Shown: piece by piece, positions 17,542 to 26,773 of the stretch
Layout: every line of letters begins with the position of its first letter
Position numbering within the stretch: position 1 is the first letter of the stretch
Source of the DNA: Micrococcus luteus NCTC 2665
GTDB lineage: Bacteria; Actinomycetota; Actinomycetes; Actinomycetales; Micrococcaceae
Reading direction: 5' to 3'
DNA length: 32,000 bases
NCBI RefSeq assembly: GCF_000023205.1
Contig: NC_012803.1
Coordinates: forward strand, 600,001-632,000
Translations under genes and position numbers: made by a program
The notes under the pieces: generated by a model
Seen by the model: only the letters and a program-made list of their open reading frames with translations
Told to the model about the DNA's origin: nothing
Database searches by the model: none

Positions 17542-18611
17542 GCACCGTGCGTGTCGCGATCTTCGCCCACCGCTTCCTCCCCGAGACGGGAGGGATCGAG
17601 GTGACCGCGGACGTTCTCGCGCGCGGCTTCACCACACGGCACGGTGCCGAGGTGCTCGTCGTCACCCGGAACCCCGCTCCGGCGGAGTTCGACGCCACGT
17701 TGCCCTACCGCGTCCTGCGCGAACCGTCCCCGGGCGAGCTGCTGGCCGCGGTGCGCGGTGCGGACGTGGTCTTCCACAACAATGCCCTCATGCAGTTCGC
17801 TTGGGCGCACCTGGTGGTGCCCCGCCCGTGGGTTGTGACCATGCGGGCTGTCCTCCGCGTGCCGGGCATCCCGCTGAGCCGGAGACGGAAGGCGGTGCTG
17901 CACGTCAAGCAGCGGCTCATCCGCCGGGCCACCGTGCTGGCCGCGAACAGCGAGATGATGTCCGCGGACATCGGCGGCGGCGCGGTGGTGGTCCACAACT
18001 CCTACCGGGACCACATCTTCCGTACCGAGACACGCGTAGAGGATCGCGACCGGCGGCGAGTGGCGTACATCGGCCGTCTCTCCCCGGACAAGGGGATCGA
18101 TGTGTTGCTGCGCGCCGTGGCCGGAGTCGGAGAGCGAGGTGTCCCGCTCCACCTGGACCTCGTGGGCTCCGGAGAGGAGGAGACGCGGCTGCGCACACTG
18201 GCCACAGAGCTGGGCCTCAGGGGCCGCGTGGAGTTCCACGGAGCCCTGACCGGGCCCCAAGTGAACACCGTGCTCAACCGCGCCGCCGTCGCCGTGCTGC
18301 CCTCAGTGGGCCTGGAGACCTTCGGCACCGTGGTCCTCGAGGCGCAGGCGGCCGGCTGCGCCGTCGTCGCCTCACGGATCGGCGGGATCCCGGAGGCGCT
18401 GAACGGCACCGGCGTGCTCGTGGAGCCGGGCGACGTGGCCGCGTTGACGGAGGCCCTGCACGCGCTCGCCACCGACGACGCCGCGTTCGCCGCGGCGCAT
18501 CGCGGTCGCGAGGAGAACGTCTCGGCCCACCGCACCGAGGTGATGGTGGACCGCTATTGGGAGCTCGTCCAGCAGGCGCATCGGGACGGCCGCGTGATGG
18601 TGCGCCGCTGA
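17538..18611 (+). CDS. GT4-family glycosyltransferase (Glycos_transf_1)
   Basis: The N-terminus is RVAIFAHRFLPETGGIE. The C-terminal half has YIGRLSPDKGIDVLL and the EX7E box PSVGLETFGTVVLEAQAAGCAVVAS. The GTG start overlaps the lpdA-like TGA (GTGA), with an alternative GTG at 17547. Confidence 0.88.
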   Translation: MSTVRVAIFAHRFLPETGGIEVTADVLARGFTTRHGAEVLVVTRNPAPAEFDATLPYRVLREPSPGELLAAVRGADVVFHNNALMQFAWAHLVVPRPWVVTMRAVLRVPGIPLSRRRKAVLHVKQRLIRRATVLAANSEMMSADIGGGAVVVHNSYRDHIFRTETRVEDRDRRRVAYIGRLSPDKGIDVLLRAVAGVGERGVPLHLDLVGSGEEETRLRTLATELGLRGRVEFHGALTGPQVNTVLNRAAVAVLPSVGLETFGTVVLEAQAAGCAVVASRIGGIPEALNGTGVLVEPGDVAALTEALHALATDDAAFAAAHRGREENVSAHRTEVMVDRYWELVQQAHRDGRVMVRR

Positions 18612-18626
18612 CAGCTCACCAGACGC

Positions 18627-18660
18627 GGTCCGGGGCCGGACTTCGAGCCGGCCCCGGGAC
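18627..18660. terminator. GC-rich hairpin between convergent genes (possible bidirectional terminator)
   Basis: GGTCCGGGGCCGG (18627-18639) pairs with CCGGCCCCGGGAC (within 18647-18660) apart from one bulged base. The loop is ~7 nt. It sits between the GT4 stop (18611) and the MFS stop (18694). Confidence 0.5.
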
Positions 18661-18693
18661 AGGATGCGGGAATCGCAGGGTGCGTGCGCGCGT

Positions 18694-20142
18694 TCAGCGG
18701 GTGGCGGCGCGGCGCTCCCGGGCCGAGGTGACGGTGTCGAGGTCCGTGTGCCGGGTCTCGGGGGAGAGCACCAGTGCGATGACGGTGATCGCCGAGGCGG
18801 CGGCCAGGTAGTAGCCGACATAGGAGACGTCGAACTTCTGCACCAGCCAGGCGGCGATGAACGGGGTCAGCGCGGCGCCGAGGATCGAGGACACGTTGTA
18901 CGCGATGCCGGAGCCGGTGTAGCGGGTGTTCGTGGGGAACAGCTCAGGCAGCACCGCGGACATCGGCCCGAAGGTCAGGCCCATGAGCGTCATGCCCGTG
19001 GCCAGGAACGCCACCATCAGCGGCACGTTCAGCTCCGCGCCCACACCCATGTTCTCCGGCGCGAGCCACAGGCCGAACGAGAGGCCGAACAGCACCATGA
19101 GCACAGAGATCACGATCAGGGTGGGGCGGCGGCCGAAGCGGTCCGCCAGCAGGCCGGAGACCGGCACGAACGCCGCGAAGAACAGGATGCCGACCAGCTG
19201 CAGCACGAGGAACTCGGCGTAGGGGACGCCCAGGAAGCCGTTGGCCGGCTTGCCGATCGCGTAGGAGAGGATCCACGTGGTCATCAGGTAGAAGAGCACG
19301 TAGGTGGCGTACATCACGAAGGTGCCCAGGATCAGCTCCCACCAGTTGCGGCGGAACACCTCGCCCAGCGGCGCCTTCACGCGCTGGTCGCGGTCGAGGG
19401 CGCGCTGGAAGACCGGGGTCTCCTCGAGCTTGACGCGGACGTAGAGGCCCACGGCCACCATCACGATCGAGAGCAGGAACGGCAGGCGCCACACCCACGT
19501 GAGGAACGGGCCGTCGAGCACCGGGCTCGTGGAGTCGTGGCCGAACCCGAGCACGAGCGTGAGGAACAGGCCGTTGGCCAGCAGGAAGCCGATCGGCGCG
19601 CCGAGCTGCGGCCACATGGCCGCCTGCGCGCGCTTGCCGTCCTTGGCGTACGCGGTGGCCAGCAGGGCGGCGCCGGACCACTCGCCGCCGAGCCCCAGGC
19701 CCTGGAAGAAGCGCAGCAGCGTCAGCATGGCCGGCGCCCACAGGCCGATCTGGAAGTACGTGGGCAGCAGGCCGATGAGGAACGTCGCGATGCCCATGGT
19801 CAGCAGCGAGCCGATGAGCGTGGTCTTGCGGCCCACGCGGTCGCCCAGGTGGCCGAAGACGACGGCGCCCAGCGGCCGGGCGACGAACGCCGCGCCGAAG
19901 GTGGCCATGGAGGCCAGCAGGGCCGTGTTGTCATCACCGCCCGCGAAGAAGATCAGCGGGAACACCGAGACGGCGGCCGTGGCGTAGATGTAGAAGTCGT
20001 AGAACTCGATCGAGGTGCCCACGAGCGAGGCGATGATGACCCGCGAGCGGGGCACCTCCTCCGCAGCGGCGACCGCGTCCGACGTGAGATCGGTGGTGGC
20101 GGTGGGGGCGCCCGGGTTCGCGGGCGGGGTGGAGTGGGACAT
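18694..20142 (-). CDS. MFS transporter, metabolite:H+ symporter (MHS; ProP/KgtP/ShiA-like) family
   Basis: ATG at 20142 is preceded by GGGAGA. The MHS-type N-terminus is SLVGTSIEFYDFYIYATAAV, followed by GHLGDRVGRK and about 12 hydrophobic segments. Confidence 0.88.
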   Translation of the reverse strand: MSHSTPPANPGAPTATTDLTSDAVAAAEEVPRSRVIIASLVGTSIEFYDFYIYATAAVSVFPLIFFAGGDDNTALLASMATFGAAFVARPLGAVVFGHLGDRVGRKTTLIGSLLTMGIATFLIGLLPTYFQIGLWAPAMLTLLRFFQGLGLGGEWSGAALLATAYAKDGKRAQAAMWPQLGAPIGFLLANGLFLTLVLGFGHDSTSPVLDGPFLTWVWRLPFLLSIVMVAVGLYVRVKLEETPVFQRALDRDQRVKAPLGEVFRRNWWELILGTFVMYATYVLFYLMTTWILSYAIGKPANGFLGVPYAEFLVLQLVGILFFAAFVPVSGLLADRFGRRPTLIVISVLMVLFGLSFGLWLAPENMGVGAELNVPLMVAFLATGMTLMGLTFGPMSAVLPELFPTNTRYTGSGIAYNVSSILGAALTPFIAAWLVQKFDVSYVGYYLAAASAITVIALVLSPETRHTDLDTVTSARERRAATR

Positions 20143-20273
20143 GGTGTCTCCCTGGTATGACGGGCACAGGGGGTCGCGAGCGACCACGATGTGAGACGAA
20201 GATGCGTGTCAGGCTAAGCCTCATCGCGCCGATCTGCGAGAGTCACATCCCCGTCGTCCACCATGTGGAACCA

Positions 20274-20310
20274 GCCGGCGACGACGGCGCTCCCCGCCGT
20301 CATCGCCGGC
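20274..20310 (-). terminator. Hairpin immediately downstream of the accA-like stop codon
   Basis: GCCGGCGACGACGGCG (20274-20289) pairs with CGCCGTCATCGCCGGC (20295-20310). The stem is 16 bp with one mismatch and the loop is short. It begins 4 nt after the stop at 20314. Confidence 0.5.
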
Positions 20311-20313
20311 GGC

Positions 20314-22170
20314 TCACTCCGCGTCGGCGATGGAGGCGATCACCGTGCCGGCCGTGACCGTCTGGCCCGGCTCGACCTCGAGCCCGCTGACGACGCCCGC
20401 GCGGTGGGCCGTGAGCGGCTGCTCCATCTTCATGGCCTCCACGACCACGATCAGGTCGCCCTCGGCCACGGTCTGGCCGTTCTCGGCGGCGACCTTCACC
20501 ACGGTGCCCTGCATCGGGGCGGTCAGCGCGTCCGTGCTGACGGCCGCGGCCACCGGTGCGCCGCGCTTGCCGCGGGGCCGGCGTCGTCCCGCACCGGCCC
20601 GCTGGGCGGCGCCGGAGATCGTGTGCAGGGCCTCGCCCCACGTGGGCAGGGTGACGTCCACGCGCTTGCCGTTGACCTCCACGGTCACGGTGTGGCGCGC
20701 CTCGCGGGGGGCCGGCTCCGCCGGGGTGAGGGCGCTCGGCTCGATGTGGTTCGCGAACTCCGTCTCGATCCACCGGGTGTGCACCGAGAACGGCTCCTCC
20801 GAGCCGGCGATCTCGGGGGCGAAGGCGGGGTCGCGCACCACGGCGCGATGGAAGGGCAGCACCGAGGGCATGCCGACGATCTCGGCCTCGCGCAGGGCGC
20901 GGGCGGCGCGCTGCAGGGCCTGGCGGCGGTCCGCACCGGTGACGATCAGCTTGGCGACCATGGAGTCGAAGGCCCCGGAGACGGTCTCACCCTCCACCAC
21001 GCCGGAGTCCACACGCACGCCCGGGCCGCTGGGCATGCGGAACGTGGTGAGCCGGCCGGGGGCGGGCAGGAAGTTGCGGCCCGGGTCCTCGCCGTTGAGG
21101 CGGAACTCGATCGAGTGGCCGCGGGGCTGCGGATCCTCGTAGCCGAGGGCCTCGCCACGGGCCAGGCGGAACTGCTCGCGCACGAGGTCGATGCCGGTGA
21201 TCTCCTCGGAAACCGGGTGCTCCACCTGCAGGCGCGTGTTCACCTCGAGGAAGGAGATGGTCCCGTCCTGGCCCACGAGGAACTCGCACGTGCCCGCGCC
21301 GACGTAGCCGGCCTCCCGCAGGATCGCCTTGGAGGACTCCACGAGGCGGGCGTTCTGCTCGTCCGTGAGGAACGGCGCCGGGGCCTCCTCCACGAGCTTC
21401 TGGTTGCGGCGCTGCAGCGAGCAGTCGCGGGTGGAGATCACGACGACGTCGCCGTGCACGTCCGCCAGGCACTGCGTCTCCACGTGGCGCGGCTTGTCCA
21501 GGAACCGCTCCACGAAGCACTCGCCCCGGCCGAACGCGGCCACGGCCTCGCGGACCGCGGACTCGTAGAACTCGGGGATCTCCTCGCGCGTGCGGGCCAC
21601 CTTGATGCCGCGGCCGCCGCCGCCGTAGGCCGCCTTGATGGCCACCGGCAGGCCGAACTCGTCCGCGAACGCGACGACCTCCTCCGTGCCGGTCACGGGG
21701 GAGGTGGTGCCCGGTGCCAGCGGGGCGCCGACCTTGGTGGCCAGCTGGCGGGCCGAGACCTTGTCGCCCAGCCGGTCGATCGCCTCGGCGGGCGGGCCGA
21801 TCCACACGAGGCCGGCGTCAGCCACGGCGCGCGCGAAGTCCGCGTTCTCGGAGAGGAAGCCGTAGCCGGGGTGCACGGCGTCCGCGCCCGCGCGCTCGGC
21901 GGCGTCGAGGATCTTGCCGATCACCAGATAGGAGTCGGCGGCGGTCTCCCCGCCGAGGGCCACGGCCTCGTCCGCGAGCGTCACGTGCAGGGCGTCTCGG
22001 TCCGGCTCGGCGTAGACGGCCACGGAGGTCAGCCCCTCGTCTTGGCAGGCCCGGATGATGCGCACGGCGATCTCGCCGCGGTTGGCGATCAGCACCCGGG
22101 AGAACCGGCGCTCCGCCGCGGGGTCGACGGGCGGGACGACCGAGGCCTGCGGTGCGTCGGCGATGCTCAT
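20314..22170 (-). CDS. acyl-CoA carboxylase alpha chain (biotin carboxylase + biotin carboxyl carrier domains), AccA3-like
   Basis: ATG at 22170 has GAGGAG 10 nt upstream. The sequence includes [17 protein letters not shown] and the ATP-grasp motifs GGGGRGI and [14 protein letters not shown]. The C-terminal biotinyl motif is [12 protein letters not shown]. Confidence 0.95.
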   Translation of the reverse strand: MSIADAPQASVVPPVDPAAERRFSRVLIANRGEIAVRIIRACQDEGLTSVAVYAEPDRDALHVTLADEAVALGGETAADSYLVIGKILDAAERAGADAVHPGYGFLSENADFARAVADAGLVWIGPPAEAIDRLGDKVSARQLATKVGAPLAPGTTSPVTGTEEVVAFADEFGLPVAIKAAYGGGGRGIKVARTREEIPEFYESAVREAVAAFGRGECFVERFLDKPRHVETQCLADVHGDVVVISTRDCSLQRRNQKLVEEAPAPFLTDEQNARLVESSKAILREAGYVGAGTCEFLVGQDGTISFLEVNTRLQVEHPVSEEITGIDLVREQFRLARGEALGYEDPQPRGHSIEFRLNGEDPGRNFLPAPGRLTTFRMPSGPGVRVDSGVVEGETVSGAFDSMVAKLIVTGADRRQALQRAARALREAEIVGMPSVLPFHRAVVRDPAFAPEIAGSEEPFSVHTRWIETEFANHIEPSALTPAEPAPREARHTVTVEVNGKRVDVTLPTWGEALHTISGAAQRAGAGRRRPRGKRGAPVAAAVSTDALTAPMQGTVVKVAAENGQTVAEGDLIVVVEAMKMEQPLTAHRAGVVSGLEVEPGQTVTAGTVIASIADAE

Positions 22171-22333
22171 GGGCGATGGACTCCTCGGACGATCACGGCT
22201 GGGGGTGGGGCGCCACGTCCGGGGTCGTGCCCCTCACCCGGTGGGGTGAAGGGCGCGGGACGGCGCCGACTCTGACCAGCACCCTACTCGTTGTGGCGGA
22301 ACCCTCCGAGGCACGCGGCCCTGTCGCGCCGGA

Positions 22334-23029
22334 TCAGCGCTGCGCGTTGGAGGGTTCCCACAACCGGGTGAGGTCCTGACCCAGGGCCGCCGTGGCCCGC
22401 CGCAGCCATGCCACGGACAGCCCGATCACCGCGTTGGGGTCCCCGTCCACGCCGTCCACGAGGGCCGCGCCCGCGCCGTCCACCGTGAACGCGCCCGCGC
22501 AGTTCAGCGGTTCGCCCGTGGCCACGTAGGCCTGGATCTCGGCCTCGGTGACGGCGCCGAAGCGCACGACGGCGGACACCACGCCCGCCTCCGCGGCCAT
22601 CCCGGACCCGACCCCGGGCTCCGGCAGCACCAGGCCCAGCCAGTGGCCCGAGTGCAGCACACCCTCCCGGCCGGCCTGGGCGCGCCAGCGCTCGACGGCG
22701 ACCTCGGGCTCGTAGGGCTTGCCGTGGGCGCGGCCCTCGAACTCGAACACGGAGTCGCAGCCGAGCACGAGCGTGGGCGTCTCGACGCCGGCGGCCGCCA
22801 CACGGGCGGCCACGTCGCGGCCCTTGGCCTCCGCCAGCAGGCCCGCCAGCTCCGCCGGCGACGGGTCGCCCGCCGCCGCGCCCACGGCCGCCTCGTCCAC
22901 CCCGGAGACGACGACGCGGAACGGCACCCGCGCCCGGGTCAGGACCTCCGCCCGGCCGGGGGAGGCCGAGCCGAGCACCAGCCGCAGGCCCGTGCCGGGG
23001 CCGGCCGCGCCGTCGTCGCGCGGGATCAC
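22334..23029 (-). CDS. maf: Maf-like nucleoside-triphosphate pyrophosphatase
   Basis: The GTG start at 23029 overlaps the DUF885 TGA (GTGA). The motifs are LVLGSASPGRAEVL, LVLGCDSV and VDGDPNAVIGLSV. Only the last 232 codons of the 662-aa track ORF look protein-like. Confidence 0.88.
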   Translation of the reverse strand: MIPRDDGAAGPGTGLRLVLGSASPGRAEVLTRARVPFRVVVSGVDEAAVGAAAGDPSPAELAGLLAEAKGRDVAARVAAAGVETPTLVLGCDSVFEFEGRAHGKPYEPEVAVERWRAQAGREGVLHSGHWLGLVLPEPGVGSGMAAEAGVVSAVVRFGAVTEAEIQAYVATGEPLNCAGAFTVDGAGAALVDGVDGDPNAVIGLSVAWLRRATAALGQDLTRLWEPSNAQR

Positions 23030-24711
23030 GCGAGTGCCTCCCGCAGGGTGTCCAGGCCCATGCCGCCCAGGCGCAGGGCCCGGGTGTGGAAGGCCTTGAG
23101 GTCGAAGTCGGCGCCCTCGGCCTGCTCGTGCTCGGCGCGGATCTGCTCCCAGATGCGCTGACCCACCTTGTAGGCGGGCGCCTGCCCCGGCCAGCCGAGG
23201 TAGCGCGTGAACTCGAAGCGGCGCTGGCCCTCGGAGATGTTCAGGTGCTTGGCCAGGAACGCGTAGCCCTTCTCCGGGGTCCACGCGCCGCCGCCCTCGG
23301 ACTCGGGGGCGTCGAAGCCGCAGTGGTAGCCGATGTCGAACACCACGCGGGCCGCGCGCATGCGCTGCATGTCCAGCATGCCGAGGTGGTCGCCCGGATC
23401 GTCGAGGAAGCCGAGCTCCTCCATGAGCTTCTCCGCGTACAGCGCCCAGCCCTCGCCGTGGCCGGACGTCCAGCAGAAGCTGCGGCGCCACAGGTTGAGG
23501 TTCTCCCGGTTCATCATGGCGGTGGCGATCTGCAGGTGATGGCCCGGCACGCCCTCGTGGTAGACCGTGGTGGTCTCCGCCCACGTGGTGAACTCGTCCT
23601 CGCCCGGGGGCACGGACCACCACATGCGGCCGGGCCGGGAGAAGTCGTCCGAGGGGCCGGTGTAGTAGATGCCGCCCTCCTGGGTGGGGGCGATCATGCA
23701 TTCGAGCCGGTCCATCGGGGCCGGGATCTCGAAGTGCTCCTTCATGGCCTCGACCGCGTCGTCGGAGAGCCGCTGCATCCACGTGCGCAGGGCCTCGGTG
23801 CCCTTCAGGGTGCGCTCCGGGTCCGCGTCCAGGATCGCGCGTGCCTCCTCGATCGTGGCGCCCGGCCGGATGCGCTCGGCGTCCGCCTGCTGCGCGGCGA
23901 TGATGCGGGCCAGCTCCTCCTGGCCCCAGCGGTAGGTCTCCTCGAGGTCGATCTCGGCGCCGAGGAAGACGCGGGAGGCCAGCCGGTAGTACTCGATCCC
24001 GACGCCGTCCACCTCCGGGGCGTGAGGGCGCAGCTCGGCCTCGAGCGTGTCCGCGAAGTCGCGGTAGGCCTGCGCGGCGGCGTCCGCGCCGGAGCGGATG
24101 CGGGCGGCCAGGGCGTCGTCCACGACGTCGGCTGCCTCGGCCCGCTCGACCAGGCCCGGGAAGAACCCGCCCGCGGCGCCGTGGGCGCGGGCCTGTTCCA
24201 CCACGATGTCCACCTGGCGCACCGCGGCCACGTGGCCGGCGTCGCGGGAGGCGAGCAGGGACTCGGTGTAGCCGCGCAGGGCGGCCGGCAGGTTCTCGAG
24301 GCGGCCGGCGATGTGGCCCCACTGCTCCGCGGTGTCCGTGGGCATGAGGTCGAAGACCGCGCAGATGCCCTGGGCAGGGGAGGCGATGTTGTTCAGCTCG
24401 GTGCGGCCGGTCGCGTGGATCTCGCGCTCGAGGCCGATGCGCTCCTGCATGGCCGCCTTCGTGACGCGGTCCGTCTCGTCCTGCGGCTCGAGCGCGGCCA
24501 GGTCCTCGAGCAGGCGGGCGTTGAGCTCGTCGTCGGCGCGGGCGCCGGCGGGAGAGAAGTCCGTGTACTCGGTCTCCCGGCCCGGGAAGCCGAGCTCGGT
24601 GGCGGTGTCCGGATGCAGGGCGAGGAGGTCGGTCACGTAGCGCTCAGCGAGCGCGTCGATGGCGGACGGGGTGCGCGTACCGGTGGGCACGTCAGAGGTG
24701 ATGGGGGTCAT
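23026..24711 (-). CDS. DUF885 family protein (putative metallopeptidase-like)
   Basis: This is a 561-aa ORF with ATG at 24711. The N-terminal ID.L..RY….HP..AT.LG pattern is present, as is the HEGVPGHHLQ motif characteristic of DUF885. Confidence 0.8.
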   Translation of the reverse strand: MTPITSDVPTGTRTPSAIDALAERYVTDLLALHPDTATELGFPGRETEYTDFSPAGARADDELNARLLEDLAALEPQDETDRVTKAAMQERIGLEREIHATGRTELNNIASPAQGICAVFDLMPTDTAEQWGHIAGRLENLPAALRGYTESLLASRDAGHVAAVRQVDIVVEQARAHGAAGGFFPGLVERAEAADVVDDALAARIRSGADAAAQAYRDFADTLEAELRPHAPEVDGVGIEYYRLASRVFLGAEIDLEETYRWGQEELARIIAAQQADAERIRPGATIEEARAILDADPERTLKGTEALRTWMQRLSDDAVEAMKEHFEIPAPMDRLECMIAPTQEGGIYYTGPSDDFSRPGRMWWSVPPGEDEFTTWAETTTVYHEGVPGHHLQIATAMMNRENLNLWRRSFCWTSGHGEGWALYAEKLMEELGFLDDPGDHLGMLDMQRMRAARVVFDIGYHCGFDAPESEGGGAWTPEKGYAFLAKHLNISEGQRRFEFTRYLGWPGQAPAYKVGQRIWEQIRAEHEQAEGADFDLKAFHTRALRLGGMGLDTLREALA

Positions 24712-24755
24712 GCCAGGATCCTACGGTCGGGCGGGCCCGGAGAGCCGCCCGGCTG

Positions 24756-24774
24756 GCATAGGGATAGCATAGGG
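24756..24774. promoter_or_regulatory. Direct repeat GCATAGGG-ata-GCATAGGG (11-bp periodicity) just upstream of the SGNH hydrolase start
   Basis: The exact 8-mers are at 24756-24763 and 24767-24774. They lie in the 65-nt divergent spacer between the DUF885 and SGNH genes. The second copy may simply contribute the Shine-Dalgarno-like AGGGG. Confidence 0.25.
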
Positions 24775-24776
24775 GC

Positions 24777-25490
24777 GTGAAGACCTCGTCCAAGATCGCG
24801 CTCCTGGTTCTGCTCGTGGTCGCCGGTGCCGCAGCCTTCCTGGCACTGAATCGTCCCGTAGTCTCCCCCGCGGCGGAGGCGGAGAACCGTTCCCCCGTGC
24901 CGGTGCACAGCTATTCGGCCGACACCCGGCCGACGGTCGAGGTCTATGGGGACTCGATCGCCGTGGCCGACTCCCCAAATTTTGCAGGTGCGGAGTCGGG
25001 GCCGTCTTCATGGACTAGCTACATCAACGACGAGGGGTTGCGCTTCGTTGGAGGGTCTGCTCAGGGCGGCCGGACCTCCGGCGAATCCCGAGGTGAGGAC
25101 AGGGGTATTCTAGCCACGTTCGTTGTCTACGCTTTCGGGACAAACGACCTGAGGACGGATGTCCCCTTCGAGGAATTTGCTTCCAACGCGCGTGAATTCG
25201 CGGATCTGCAGGACCCTCGTGAAATGTTCGTCGTCGTCGCCCTGGGCCCTATGAACGACCGCCCTCAGGACGAGGTCGAGGAGTGGAACGCCCGACTGGG
25301 GGAGCTCGCGTCCGAGGAGGGATGGACCCTTGTGGATCCCTGGGAGGGAATCCGCGGCGATGACAACGCATACGTGGAGGGATTCAACCAAGATGCTCTC
25401 CACCCAAATGAAGAGGGCGCTGCTCTGTACGCACAGAACATGGCCGAGCAGCTCCTGGCCGCGTATCAGGGCCGGGACGGCCAGGAGTGA
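24777..25490 (+). CDS. SGNH/GDSL-family hydrolase with N-terminal membrane anchor or signal sequence
   Basis: GTG start. The N-terminus has a hydrophobic KIALLVLLVVAGAAAFLAL segment. Block I is VYGDSIA, block III is FGTNDL and block V is DALHPNEEG. G+C is visibly lower than in the backbone (by eye). Confidence 0.8.
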   Translation: MKTSSKIALLVLLVVAGAAAFLALNRPVVSPAAEAENRSPVPVHSYSADTRPTVEVYGDSIAVADSPNFAGAESGPSSWTSYINDEGLRFVGGSAQGGRTSGESRGEDRGILATFVVYAFGTNDLRTDVPFEEFASNAREFADLQDPREMFVVVALGPMNDRPQDEVEEWNARLGELASEEGWTLVDPWEGIRGDDNAYVEGFNQDALHPNEEGAALYAQNMAEQLLAAYQGRDGQE

Positions 25491-25588
25491 GCCCTGGACT
25501 GCAGGAGACTGCGGGGGTCGTGTTGTTGGTACCGTTCGCATGGCCCTGCAGATGCCTCGGGGTGCGTTTCCCGCGTGAGGGTGAGTGA

Positions 25589-26773
25589 GTGGGTTTTCTC
25601 GTCGCATTGAACAGGGATCGGGACTCCTATCAGGTGCCCGTCGCCCTCGCGGAGGCGAACCAGCTGACGCGATTCGTCACCGACTACTACCACGGCAAGC
25701 CCGGGCAGGTGTTGCCGTCACTGCGGCATCGCCGGGCGGAGGCCATCCGCCCGAGCCAGGTGGTCACCTCCGCCGGGGCGTTCGTCACGCAGCTGCCATA
25801 TGAGGTGATGCGTCGCGTCCGTCCCACGGACTTTCCGTCCGAGCGCGTGGAAGGTGCCCTCGGCGCCACCGTGGCCCGGGTCGCCCGGCGCCACCCGGAC
25901 CTGGACCTGCTGCTCTACTCGGGAAGCGCACGCCAGGCATTCGAAGGGCCCTCGCGTGGCCGGCGGATCCTCTTCCAGTACCACCCGTCCCCGCAGTTCA
26001 TCGAGCAGACGCTCGCCGAGGTGGATGAGCTCGCCGGGCTCCGGCCCTGGTGGGCCGAGGCGGAGGTGGACAACCCCGGCCTCGAGGCGAAGCACCGTGC
26101 GGAGGTCGCCGCCGCCGACTCGGCGATCTGCGCCTCCGAGTTCACGCGGCGCGGTCTCGTGCAAGGCGGCATGGCCGAGACCGACGTCGCCGTCGTCCCC
26201 TACGGTTCACCCGCGCCGGACACCGGCCCTGTGCCCGAGCCGACCGCGCAGCAGACCTTCTTGTTCGTTGGCCAAGGGGTCCAGCGCAAGGGGCTGCATC
26301 TGCTGGTGGAGGCCTGGCGGCAGGCCGACCTCGGGGACGCCCGCCTCGTGGTGGTGGCGTCCCGCCTCGATCCGGAGATCGAGCGATTCGCCGAGGGGGC
26401 TCCGCGGCTGGACCTGCGGGGCCGTGCCGACCGTGCCGAGCTCGAGGATCTCATGCGCACCTCGGACACACTCGTGCTGCCGTCCGTGGTGGAAGGGTTC
26501 GGCCTCGTGCTCGGCGAGGCGCTCGCACACGGCGCGCGCCTGATCGCGTCCTCCAACACCGGCCTGTCCGGTATGGGTCTGCCACCCCACCTCGGCCGCG
26601 TCGTGGAGGCGGGTAAGGTGGCTGCGCTGGTCGCCGCCCTGGAGGAGTTCCGCGCCTCGTATGATCCCGCCCGGTCCTATCGCGCCGATGCGCTGCGCGA
26701 GGCCGAGCGCCTGTCCTGGGCCGGCTTCCGTCAGGGAATCCGAGACGCTGTTGGGATCGGGGGAACGCGATGA
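25589..26773 (+). CDS. GT4-family glycosyltransferase
   Basis: GTG start, with GAGGG 7 nt upstream. The C-terminal half has FLFVGQGVQRKGLHLL and the EX7E box LPSVVEGFGLVLGEALAHGARLIAS. Confidence 0.85.
   Translation: MGFLVALNRDRDSYQVPVALAEANQLTRFVTDYYHGKPGQVLPSLRHRRAEAIRPSQVVTSAGAFVTQLPYEVMRRVRPTDFPSERVEGALGATVARVARRHPDLDLLLYSGSARQAFEGPSRGRRILFQYHPSPQFIEQTLAEVDELAGLRPWWAEAEVDNPGLEAKHRAEVAAADSAICASEFTRRGLVQGGMAETDVAVVPYGSPAPDTGPVPEPTAQQTFLFVGQGVQRKGLHLLVEAWRQADLGDARLVVVASRLDPEIERFAEGAPRLDLRGRADRAELEDLMRTSDTLVLPSVVEGFGLVLGEALAHGARLIASSNTGLSGMGLPPHLGRVVEAGKVAALVAALEEFRASYDPARSYRADALREAERLSWAGFRQGIRDAVGIGGTR

Noticed and set aside
18664-20160. 498-aa plus-strand ORF antisense to the MFS transporter.
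   Set aside because: It is charged and low-complexity (Glu/Arg/Gly/His-rich) with no motifs. The minus strand encodes a typical 12-TM MHS transporter with a good RBS.
20263-22275. 670-aa plus-strand ORF antisense to the accA3-like gene.
   Set aside because: This is the same high-GC antisense artefact. The opposite strand has ATP-grasp and biotinyl (AMKM) motifs.
23030-24322. 662-aa minus-strand ORF 22334-24322 extending the maf frame.
   Set aside because: Upstream of GTG 23029 the translation is Arg/Gly/Pro nonsense that overlaps the DUF885 gene in another frame.
23086-24780. 564-aa plus-strand ORF antisense to DUF885.
   Set aside because: It is a Gly/Arg/Ala/Val-rich translation without motifs. 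The sense strand carries the DUF885 HEGVPGHH signature.
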